Below are positions 1-7,582 of a DNA stretch of 37,730 nucleotides, one piece after another. This DNA comes from Candidatus Woesearchaeota archaeon (GTDB taxonomy: Archaea > Nanobdellota > Nanobdellia > Woesearchaeales > CG1-02-33-12), in NCBI GenBank assembly GCA_017609385.1, contig JAFCEA010000004.1:1-37730 (forward strand), in the 5' to 3' direction. The number at the start of each line of letters is the position of its first letter. The first letter of the stretch is position 1. A program made the position numbers and the translations under genes. The notes under the pieces were generated by a model, which saw only the letters and a list, made by a program, of their open reading frames with translations, was not told where the DNA came from and did not search any database.

Positions 1-1
1 A

Positions 2-76
2 GAATTCTGCCTTGCTGATACAGAGGGATTAAAGGCAAGAATATTATGCAATGTGCATGGATTATGGGTTAATTAA
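2..76 (+). CDS. 3' end of superoxide reductase/desulfoferrodoxin (partial, runs off window)
   Basis: Frame from nt 2 reads EFCLADTEGLKARILCNVHGLWVN*. CNxHGLW is the C-terminal iron-ligand motif of SOR/desulfoferrodoxin. Not in the ORF track. Confidence 0.8.
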   Translation, partial: EFCLADTEGLKARILCNVHGLWVN

Positions 77-92
77 TTTTTTTTAATTAAAA

Positions 93-731
93 ATGAACAA
101 GCTTCTTGAAGGTATAAAAAAACTGAGGAAATCATTAATAAGAAAAAAAGTAGACAAAAGACTCAAGGAATTTGAGAGTTTTAAAAAGAGAGATACAAAG
201 GAATGGTTTTCTGAGTTATGCTTCTGCATACTTACTGCAAACTCAAAAGCTGCTACAGCATTAAAAATTCAGAAAGAATTAACTTCAAAAGGTTTCTGCG
301 AATATTCCTTAAATAATATAAGAAAAACAATAAGAAAAAACAAGCACCGCTTTCATAACAACAAGGCAGGCTATATTGTTTCTGCGAGAAAGCATATTGA
401 CATAAAAGACAAACTAACAAAGCTAATAAAAGAACAGGATGAGATTAAAGCAAGGGAATGGCTTGTAAAAAACATAAAAGGCCTTGGCTACAAGGAGGCA
501 AGTCATTTTTTAAGGAATGTTGGATGTAAAAATCTTGCAATCCTTGACAGGCACGTCCTTAATATAATGAAAGAGAAGAATTTTATAAAAGAAAGACCAA
601 AGACACTAAACAAAAAAAATTATCTTGAGATTGAAAAAATTTTCAAAAAGATTGCTGATATGCTTAATACATCATGTGCAGAGCTTGACCTTTACATGTG
701 GTACATGAAAACCAGAGAAGTCTTAAAATAA
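93..731 (+). CDS. ogg: 8-oxoguanine DNA glycosylase/AP lyase (archaeal Ogg, HhH)
   Basis: ELCFCILTAN, HRFHNNKA, and HhH GLGYKEASHFLRNVG...AILDRH with catalytic Lys and Asp; C-terminal LDLYMWY. Confidence 0.92.
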   Translation: MNKLLEGIKKLRKSLIRKKVDKRLKEFESFKKRDTKEWFSELCFCILTANSKAATALKIQKELTSKGFCEYSLNNIRKTIRKNKHRFHNNKAGYIVSARKHIDIKDKLTKLIKEQDEIKAREWLVKNIKGLGYKEASHFLRNVGCKNLAILDRHVLNIMKEKNFIKERPKTLNKKNYLEIEKIFKKIADMLNTSCAELDLYMWYMKTREVLK

Positions 732-840
732 TTAAAAGAGGCTTTATTGTTAATATGACCCAATTTAAGATATTCTTTGCTTACCTAAAGTCTTTATACC
801 TATTATTCAACTTTTAAATTAACCAAGATTGTTTAAAACG

Positions 841-853
841 AAAGCTATTTAAA
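841..853 (+). promoter_or_regulatory. BRE/TATA promoter of histone gene
   Basis: AAAGCTATTTAAA about 45 nt upstream of the ATG; SD GAGGT precedes the start. Confidence 0.5.
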
Positions 854-898
854 CAAGATAAGTTTTACGCTTTCCATTAAATCAACGAGGTAATCATA

Positions 899-1111
899 AT
901 GGCAAGAAACATAAGCATAATACCAAAGGCCCCTATCGCAAGAATACTAATGGATGCTGGCGCAAAAAGGGTTTCTGCAGAAGCAGTTGATGCATTCACT
1001 GATGTTATAATAGATATTGCAGAGGAGATTTCAACAAAAGCAGTAAAGATTGCACAGCACTCTGGAAGAAAAACAGTGCATGATGGTGACATAAAACTGG
1101 CTGTCAAGTAA
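899..1111 (+). CDS. Archaeal histone (HMf family)
   Basis: IPKAPIARIL..AGAKRVS..A....HSGRKTV...DI.LA histone fold signature, 70 aa. Confidence 0.95.
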   Translation: MARNISIIPKAPIARILMDAGAKRVSAEAVDAFTDVIIDIAEEISTKAVKIAQHSGRKTVHDGDIKLAVK

Positions 1112-1211
1112 CTTTATTTTTTCTTAATATTTTAATGAGAACCCTTGTAACTACTTCTAAATCACTAAAAAATCAAAAGTTTTAAATATAATCAATTTTG
1201 ACTATTTATTT

Positions 1212-2585
1212 ATGATAATAAACAATAAAAATAATTTTAATATACTTTTATCAATCTGTGAACTTGGGGGTTTTGGTGATGTTGTTTCTAGCCTGAGCAT
1301 TATGGAATATTTTGATTCAGTTAAATTACCATATCAAATATCTTTTAATGGTGATATTAGTGAAAAAGTAGAAAAAGCAGAAGAAAAATTAATAAAACTT
1401 ATTGGTAATAAAGAATTTAGGTCACTGAAACATTATAAAGATGGCCCAAAAATTGTATCCATATCCCCAGTAAGTGATAAAAGAACAAAAGAACAAGTAA
1501 ACAAAACATATGTTGATATTCAGCTGAGTGAATATGACAAGGATAAGATACCCTGGACTGACTATTCTAATAATCACATAAAAATAAAAACAGGCTTTTC
1601 TTTTGACCATGATTCATTTGGTCCGCAGGCAGGAATCTATACAAGGGAAACACTTGAATCAATCTTGACAAAGATTGATAAAAACATAACTCATAAAGGC
1701 AGCATAGAAGAACTGAGAAAAAAAGCATTAATATCAATGATAAGAAAATATCCTAAATCAAAATTCATTGATTATTTTTGTTCACATGAAATTGAAAAAA
1801 TGGTCAAAGGAGGATGGTCACTCTTTTACCCAAGCAATATGGAAGCATATAATTTTCTAGATATAGCATCATTTGCAAGAAAAAATTTAGATAAGCCTCT
1901 TTATATTTTTAGTGTTGGTAATACAAACAAATCAAACCTAAAATACCCTTGCCTTAAAAGAGGCATTACTTATTATAATCTTCCTGAGAGAGAACGCAGA
2001 TTAAAAGATAAGAATCTCTCAGTTATTGAGATGGGATTTATCCCAGATTTTGATTTCATGCAGCTTGTAGCCCTTACAGACAAATTTTCACTTGTTACAG
2101 GAGATCACTCTTTAAGCCAGATGATACAGAAATCACAATCAAAACTAAAAGTTCCCTTTGTTTATCATTCTCCTTCATGGAAGCTGGATTGCTTTAGATC
2201 CTTTTCTGAGCTTATTGGGAAAGAAGACACTAATTCAAAAGATTTTTTCTTAGATTATAGGGAACTTATTGAACGTGACATTCCTATAAGGAATAGACTG
2301 ATTCCTTCAGAAATCAAAAAAATTAAATTAAAGTTATCAAAACTCTTTTATGATAAAAAATTAATCAATGATTATAACAAATCCATATCCAAAATAAAAG
2401 AAAATTTCATTAATCAGAGAAAAGAAAAAGAAATTGATAAAGCTGATATTTTATGGTCTGTAAATAAAACGCTTTTGTTTGTTGTTAATAGGATTCTTGA
2501 TGGAATGAGTTGTTATGATGCTGTGGAACCCTTACTGGAAAAAGAAGAAAAACTTTTAGCAAAGAAGGGAAGGACAAATAGATAA
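1212..2585 (+). CDS. Hypothetical protein, probable GT-B fold glycosyltransferase distantly similar to EarP
   Basis: N-terminal ICELGGFGDVV and C-terminal GFIPDFDFMQLVALTD..SLVTGDHSLSQ...PFVYH parallel the EarP motifs (FC.V.DN.GDIG; PFV.Q..YD.LL..CD.NFVRGEDS...PF.WH). Similarity judged by eye. Confidence 0.45.
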   Translation: MIINNKNNFNILLSICELGGFGDVVSSLSIMEYFDSVKLPYQISFNGDISEKVEKAEEKLIKLIGNKEFRSLKHYKDGPKIVSISPVSDKRTKEQVNKTYVDIQLSEYDKDKIPWTDYSNNHIKIKTGFSFDHDSFGPQAGIYTRETLESILTKIDKNITHKGSIEELRKKALISMIRKYPKSKFIDYFCSHEIEKMVKGGWSLFYPSNMEAYNFLDIASFARKNLDKPLYIFSVGNTNKSNLKYPCLKRGITYYNLPERERRLKDKNLSVIEMGFIPDFDFMQLVALTDKFSLVTGDHSLSQMIQKSQSKLKVPFVYHSPSWKLDCFRSFSELIGKEDTNSKDFFLDYRELIERDIPIRNRLIPSEIKKIKLKLSKLFYDKKLINDYNKSISKIKENFINQRKEKEIDKADILWSVNKTLLFVVNRILDGMSCYDAVEPLLEKEEKLLAKKGRTNR

Positions 2586-2629
2586 TACAAGGAAATCTTT
2601 TTAAACTAACATTATTTCTCTTGAGCTAT

Positions 2630-2703
2630 GGGCAGGTAGTTCAGTCCGGTAGAATGCGCCCTTGGCTAGGGTGAGGCCCCGGGTTCAAATCCCGGTCTGT
2701 CCA
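2630..2703 (+). tRNA. tRNA-Ala(GGC), intronless
   Basis: Cloverleaf with acceptor GGGCAGG/TCTGTCC and G3:U70; anticodon arm CGCCC-TTGGCTA-GGGTG; T loop TTCAAAT. Confidence 0.93.
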
Positions 2704-2722
2704 GTTAAAATGAGGTAAAATA

Positions 2723-3697
2723 ATGGCAAATGTATATCATTCAAATAATAAAGATAAATTCTTATTAAAGGTAAAAGAAGAGATTAAGCATAGGTTTAAA
2801 GACTGCAATAAAATTGCAGTCAAGATTCATTTTGGTGAGCCAGGCAACAAAACAGCTTTTAAGCCAGAGGATATCAAGCCAATAACCGATATTTTAAATG
2901 AACTTGATATAAAATTCTTTTTATTTGATTCATTGGTAAAATACAGCAGCCCAAGAAGCAATTCTAAATCTTACAAAAATTTTGCCCTTAAAAAAGGATG
3001 GGGCAAGCTTGGCGAGATCAAAACAAATGATGAACATATTAATGTGAAAGGAGAGAATCTGACATATGAGGTTTGCAGGGAGCTTGTTGATGCAGATGCT
3101 GTCTTGGTTGTAAGCCATGTTAAAGGTCATATTTGCACTGGTTTTGGTGGTGCTATTAAGAATCTAGGAATGGGTGCTTTGACAAAAAAAACAAAAGGGG
3201 ATATACATTATGGAGGAAAGCCAGTATTTGTTGGTAAATGCACACAATGTGGGACTTGTGAAAGAGCATGCCCATTAGGAACTTTAAAAGTAAAAGACAA
3301 GCCAGTCTTTGGAATATGCTATGGATGCTCTGACTGTGCTTATGCATGCCCAATTTCAGCAATTAAAACAAGGGTAAATTATTTTGATACATTGTTAGCA
3401 GAGGGAGCTACTATTGCACAATCAAGATTTAAAAAAGCATATTATATTTCATTCTTAAAAAACATAACTCAACTATGTGACTGCGAATCAGATCCAGGAG
3501 AGATTATTGCAGATGATTATGGCTTTTTGGCAAGCACTGATGGAGTTGCAATTGATATGGCTGCTCATGATATTATATTAGAGAATGAGGGAGAAGATGT
3601 TTTCCTAAAACACAATAAGAAGAGCGGAACAGAACAGGTTAAAGCAGCAGAGAAGTTTGGCATGGGCCAAAGCAAATATAATTTAATAAAACTATAG
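2723..3697 (+). CDS. DUF362-family Fe-S protein with 2x[4Fe-4S] ferredoxin insert
   Basis: KIHFGEPGN, SHVKGH...GFGGAIKNLGMG, two CxxCxxCxxxCP motifs, CDC, and ASTDGVAID. Confidence 0.88.
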   Translation: MANVYHSNNKDKFLLKVKEEIKHRFKDCNKIAVKIHFGEPGNKTAFKPEDIKPITDILNELDIKFFLFDSLVKYSSPRSNSKSYKNFALKKGWGKLGEIKTNDEHINVKGENLTYEVCRELVDADAVLVVSHVKGHICTGFGGAIKNLGMGALTKKTKGDIHYGGKPVFVGKCTQCGTCERACPLGTLKVKDKPVFGICYGCSDCAYACPISAIKTRVNYFDTLLAEGATIAQSRFKKAYYISFLKNITQLCDCESDPGEIIADDYGFLASTDGVAIDMAAHDIILENEGEDVFLKHNKKSGTEQVKAAEKFGMGQSKYNLIKL

Positions 3698-3706
3698 GAG
3701 GTTAAA

Positions 3707-4159
3707 ATGGACTGTATATTTTGCAAGATTGTTAATGGAGAATTTGATTCTGCAAAAATTTGGGAAGATGATGAGTTTTTGGCAATACTTGAGATAATGC
3801 CAAACACAAAAGGAGTAACACTTGTTTTAACAAAAAAGCATTATGATTCTTATGCTTTTAAACTTCCTGAAGATGTTTATTTAAGATTGATGTCTGCATC
3901 AAAAAAAGTCGCTAAAGTCCTTGAAAAAGGATTAAATGTAAAAAGGGTTGCAATGGTTATGGAAGGCATGGGAGTAAATCATGCTCACACTAAATTATAC
4001 CCCTTGCATGGAGTCAAGGAAAAATTTAACCCAGCAGATTTGCCAGAAGAAAATATCTTCTTTGAAAAATATGAGGGTTATGTAAGCACCAAAAGAGGTG
4101 AAAAAGCAGATATAAAAGAATTAAAGAAATTAGCAGAAGAAATCAAGCAAAATCAATAA
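3707..4159 (+). CDS. HIT family nucleotide hydrolase
   Basis: N-terminal DCIFCKIV; EGMGVNHAHTKLYP is a HIT-like motif in which the third His is replaced by K. Confidence 0.85.
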   Translation: MDCIFCKIVNGEFDSAKIWEDDEFLAILEIMPNTKGVTLVLTKKHYDSYAFKLPEDVYLRLMSASKKVAKVLEKGLNVKRVAMVMEGMGVNHAHTKLYPLHGVKEKFNPADLPEENIFFEKYEGYVSTKRGEKADIKELKKLAEEIKQNQ

Positions 4160-4244
4160 GATACAATGTGAATTTAGTGCAGTAAATATTATAGTGCAAA
4201 AATAGTAAACTATTTATAAACTCATCTTTCACATTTTTACACAT

Positions 4245-4370
4245 GCCGCTGTAGCTCAGCCTGGTTAGAGCGCTACGCTCATATGTATTGAGCGATGAGA
4301 GCTTTGCTCGATGATTAACTCATCTAACTGAGGTACGTAGAGGTCACGGGCTCAAATCCCGCCAGCGGCA
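4245..4370 (+). tRNA. tRNA-Met(CAT) elongator with 51-nt intron at 37/38 (4284-4334)
   Basis: Acceptor GCCGCTG/CAGCGGC; anticodon stem CTACG/CGTAG; CT-CAT-A; BHB central helix CTCA/TGAG. TATA TTTATAAA lies upstream. Confidence 0.9.
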
Positions 4371-4396
4371 CCTTTTTTTCTTAAGAATTAATTAAA

Positions 4397-4495
4397 CGCC
4401 GGGCCCAGGATTTGAACCTGGATGCCCTTGCGGACACCCGCTTTCTTTTGATTAATTCGAGGCGGGCGCGTTAAGCCAGATTCCGCCAACCCGGC
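4397..4495 (-). tRNA. tRNA-Ser(CGA) with 13-nt intron at 37/38 (4443-4455)
   Basis: Acceptor GCCGGGT/GCCCGGC with G73; stem CCCGC/GCGGG; long variable arm TGTCC-GCAA-GGGCA. Confidence 0.88.
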
Positions 4496-4508
4496 ACATA
4501 ATAATAAT

Positions 4509-4760
4509 TTAAAACTTGGGAATAAAAATGCCTATTGTTGTGATTATTATTCCCATTATAAATGTATAAAGAGGAAGTTTTTCTATAACACTAACTGTGC
4601 CTGTTATTTCATAAGATGCTTCTATTAAATTCTCATCAGCAGGCATTTCAGACACAACCATTCCAGTGATATCTGATGATGAATTAATCCCTAAATTAGA
4701 CAAGATAACTATTCTTGCAATTCCCAAGAGACCTGAGCATAAAATCAGGAATATGGCTGT
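4509..4760 (-). CDS. Small two-TM membrane ORF with ITGxV motifs; in frame with, and directly after, the TGA stop of the upstream methyltransferase (no good start of its own)
   Basis: The frame stays open from 4760: TAIFLILCSGLLGIARIVIL...ITGMVV...ITGTVSV...FIMGIIITTIGIFIPKF*. The ORF track starts it at a TTG (4727). Confidence 0.45.
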   Translation of the reverse strand, partial: TAIFLILCSGLLGIARIVILSNLGINSSSDITGMVVSEMPADENLIEASYEITGTVSVIEKLPLYTFIMGIIITTIGIFIPKF

Positions 4761-5354
4761 TCATTTTCTATAGACCATGATTTTTCCTTCTTGATATCCT
4801 GCAAGTCTTTGCCATAAACTATCAGGCCTTAATTGTTCAAATGGGTGTTTCTGCCCATAAACCAGAAAAAAGGAGTTGTCTTTCATTGTTTTGATCAGCT
4901 TATCTTCCAATTCTTTGTAGTTATTAAAGCCTCCTGGGAAGAAATAAATCATATCATAATCTGAAAAGTCTTCATTTAAAAAATCTCCCTGTTTAAACCT
5001 GGCTTTTTTTACATTAAACCCCTCTAAAATTAACCTTGGCTTAATTATATTATCTGATAATCTACAAAGATGCTCATTATATTCCACTCCTATGGAATAA
5101 TACCCAATTAATGAGAAAAGAAATACAATTCTTCCATCACCGCTTCCTAAATCTATGATACTAGTTTTGTCCTTGAATTTAGGATTCTTAACTGTGTTAT
5201 ATAGATTAATTAAATTAAAAGTTGGTAAATAAATCCCTTTTTCAAGTTTTTTGAAGTGGAATGTTTTAGTTTCAGAATTATTCTTGAATTTCTCATTGCA
5301 TATCTTTTCAAGTCTGGTTATTTGTTCTGGATTTAAATTGATATTAATCTTCAT
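4761..5354 (-). CDS. Class I SAM-dependent methyltransferase
   Basis: Motif I IIDLGSGDGR, then GVEYN and GDFLNEDFSDYDMIYFF. Confidence 0.85.
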   Translation of the reverse strand: MKININLNPEQITRLEKICNEKFKNNSETKTFHFKKLEKGIYLPTFNLINLYNTVKNPKFKDKTSIIDLGSGDGRIVFLFSLIGYYSIGVEYNEHLCRLSDNIIKPRLILEGFNVKKARFKQGDFLNEDFSDYDMIYFFPGGFNNYKELEDKLIKTMKDNSFFLVYGQKHPFEQLRPDSLWQRLAGYQEGKIMVYRK

Positions 5355-5386
5355 AAAGATGACCCAATCTTAGTAAAATAAGTATA

Positions 5387-5597
5387 TGCCCGGTCCGGGA
5401 CTTTCGACCTGATTGCGATTGCAAGCGAATTTAATTGACAGGCCTGATTTTTAATTCAGTTCCTGCCATTTCTTGCGAGCGTAGCGAGCGAGTCCAGCTT
5501 TATGCTGGACATGCGTGCCAGCTGAGCAAACAGCTGTTCGAACCCGAGTCCCGGCCTCGAGAGGGCCGGATGATTGGCCGAACTACACCAACCGGGC
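5387..5597 (-). tRNA. tRNA-Glu(CTC) with 136-nt T-loop intron at 59/60 (5401-5536)
   Basis: Acceptor GCCCGGT/ACCGGGC; anticodon arm CGGCC-CTCTCGA-GGCCG; TCGGG-TTCGAA|intron|T-CCCGG. BHB has central helix TTCG/CGAA and 3-nt bulges AA|C and AG|T. Confidence 0.88.
5475..5536 (-). repeat. Modular hairpin repeat, copy 1 (inside tRNA-Glu intron)
   Basis: CAGCTG-TTTGCT-CAGCTG-GCACGC / GTCCAGC-ATAAA-GCTGGAC / TCGCTCGCTACGCTCGC. Confidence 0.85.
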
Positions 5598-5601
5598 AAT
5601 A

Positions 5602-5767
5602 CGCCAGGGCTGGGACTTTCACTAATGGTTGGGCGAACGAAGTGAGCGCGTCCAGCTTTATGCTGGACTTTGCGTATCAAATGAGCGTAACCATTTGTTT
5701 TGAACCCAGATTCCCAAAAGGGACGAGATTTCCAGTCTCGCGCGGTACCAGATTGCGCCACCCTGGC
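5602..5767 (-). tRNA. tRNA-Ser(GGA) with 83-nt T-loop intron at 59/60 (5616-5698)
   Basis: Acceptor GCCAGGG/CCCTGGC with G73; CGAGA-CTGGAAA-TCTCG; variable arm TCCC-TTTT-GGGA. BHB has TTCA/TGAA and outer helix AATGGTT/AACCATT. Confidence 0.88.
5633..5697 (-). repeat. Modular hairpin repeat, copy 2 (inside tRNA-Ser intron)
   Basis: CAAATG-GTTACGCT-CATTTG-ATACGC / GTCCAGC-ATAAA-GCTGGAC / GCGCTCACTTCGTTCGC. Confidence 0.85.
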
Positions 5768-5816
5768 AACCTTAAAAAGAAAACCATATTTGTTTATATA
5801 AGTTTTGAAAAAAGAA

Positions 5817-6128
5817 CTAAACATCTATCATCTCTATCTCAATATTTAAACCTTCTGGGATAGGAACTCTCATAACAAGCCTTAAAGCGCGCTCATCAAC
5901 TGCCAAGTCAATCAATCTCTTGTGTATCCTCATCTCATATCTTTCCCAGCTAGCTTTTCCTTCGCCATCTGGGCTTTTCCTTGTGGTTACCTTAAGCTTT
6001 TTTGTTGGAAGAGGTATTGGACCTCTTATTTCAACCCCTGTTTTCTCAGCAATATCTTTTATGTACTTGCATACATCATTAATCTTATTAATGTCAATAC
6101 TTGCTAACTTTATTCTTGCTTTCTGCAT
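5817..6128 (-). CDS. rps10: 30S ribosomal protein S10 (uS10)
   Basis: KARIKLAS...[35 protein letters not shown]. Confidence 0.97.
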   Translation of the reverse strand: MQKARIKLASIDINKINDVCKYIKDIAEKTGVEIRGPIPLPTKKLKVTTRKSPDGEGKASWERYEMRIHKRLIDLAVDERALRLVMRVPIPEGLNIEIEMIDV

Positions 6129-6206
6129 TTTAATCTTCTCTTCAGCTTGTTTACTTCATGATAAAACCCAGTTCACCATGATTTTTTAAAACAAAAAAAT
6201 AAAAAA

Positions 6207-7502
6207 TTACTTCTTATTTAATTCCTTCTTAACCAAGTCAATACACATTCCTGCTGCCACTGTTACTCCACTATCCCTGATAGCAAACCTTGACATGTGT
6301 GGAATGTCTTTTTGTTTCTCAATTACTACTGGCTGAACTGGTTTAACCTTTATGATTGCAGCATCTCCATTCTTTACAAAGTCTGGGTTTTCTGCAATTG
6401 TTTCTCCTGTTGCTGCATTTAGCTTTTTCTCAATAGCTGTTATCTGGCAAGCAACCTGTGATGTGTGTATGTGGAATACAGGCGTATATCCAACAGTCAC
6501 AACAGTTGGGTGATTCAATACAACAATCTGTGCTGTAAATTCACTAGCAACTGTTGGCACATTATCAACATGTCCAAGAACATCACCACGGGCAATGTCT
6601 TTCTTGTCTATGCCTCTAACATTAAATCCAACATTATCTCCTGGAATTGCCTGCTTAAGCTGCTCATGGTGCATTTCTATTGATTTGACCTCACCACTAA
6701 CACCCTTTCCTTCTCTTGCTGGAACTACTATAACCTTATCTCCTACTTTCATGACACCTGTTTCAACTTTTCCTACAGGGACAACTCCAATTCCAGTTAT
6801 ATTATAAACATCTTGTATTGGAAGTCTTAATGGTAGTTGTGTTGGTTTTTCTGGTATATTAAGCAAGTCCAATGCCTCTAGTAATGTTGGTCCCTTGTAC
6901 CATGACATCTTATCTGTCTTCTTGACTACATTATCTCCTGGAAGAGAAGCAATTGGTACAAACTGAACCTTGTTTGGGTCATATCCAACTGTTTTCAATA
7001 ATGTTTCAACATCTGTTTTAATCTTCTTGAAAACATCTTCACTATAATCTTTCATATCCATCTTATTTACAGCAACAATCAGCTGCTGTACTCCAAGGGT
7101 TCTGCACAAGAAGACATGCTCCTTTGTCTGTGCCATAATTCCATCATTAGCAGCAACAACTAAGACAGCTGAATCTGCCTGGCTTGCTCCTGTAATCATA
7201 TTCTTGATAAAGTCTTTGTGGCCTGGTGCATCAATTATTGTAAAATAATATTTGTCTGTATTAAACCTTTTATGAGCCAAATCAATTGTTAGCCCTCTTT
7301 CTCTCTCTTCCTTTAGGTTGTCCATTACAAAGGCAAATTCAAAGCCTGTTTTTCCTAGATCTTTTGCTTTTTCTTTCAGCTTCCTCATACTCTGCTCATC
7401 AACAGATCCGGAGTCAAACAATAGCCTCCCAACTGTTGTTGACTTACCATGATCAACATGTCCTACAAAGACAAGGTTTATATGTTCTTTTTCTTTAGCC
7501 AT
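6207..7502 (-). CDS. tuf: Elongation factor 1-alpha
   Basis: [42 protein letters not shown]. Confidence 0.98.
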   Translation of the reverse strand: MAKEKEHINLVFVGHVDHGKSTTVGRLLFDSGSVDEQSMRKLKEKAKDLGKTGFEFAFVMDNLKEERERGLTIDLAHKRFNTDKYYFTIIDAPGHKDFIKNMITGASQADSAVLVVAANDGIMAQTKEHVFLCRTLGVQQLIVAVNKMDMKDYSEDVFKKIKTDVETLLKTVGYDPNKVQFVPIASLPGDNVVKKTDKMSWYKGPTLLEALDLLNIPEKPTQLPLRLPIQDVYNITGIGVVPVGKVETGVMKVGDKVIVVPAREGKGVSGEVKSIEMHHEQLKQAIPGDNVGFNVRGIDKKDIARGDVLGHVDNVPTVASEFTAQIVVLNHPTVVTVGYTPVFHIHTSQVACQITAIEKKLNAATGETIAENPDFVKNGDAAIIKVKPVQPVVIEKQKDIPHMSRFAIRDSGVTVAAGMCIDLVKKELNKK

Positions 7503-7582
7503 AATAATCCCTCCGATTATTTTTGAAAATATGTTTAAAAAAGGTGTTTTTATTTAATATATAAAGGTTTCTATAATAACCT

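Noticed and set aside
4761-4763. Genome-wide TGA recoding
   Set aside because: TGA terminates conserved genes at their expected ends (rps28e, rpl24e, rpoB1), and no core gene has an internal TGA.
5475-5697. Repeats as a CRISPR array
   Set aside because: No regular repeat-spacer periodicity, the copies are embedded in tRNA introns, and there are no cas genes.
5387-5767. Split tRNAs as att-site remnants of an integrated element
   Set aside because: Both exon parts are complete, collinear and joined by proper BHB motifs at the same 59/60 position; there is no duplicated tRNA 3' end or integrase.
5435-5863. ORFs 5435-5863(+) and 5456-5824(-)
   Set aside because: They overlie intron-containing tRNA-Glu and tRNA-Ser; the GC-rich RNA sequence explains the lack of stops.
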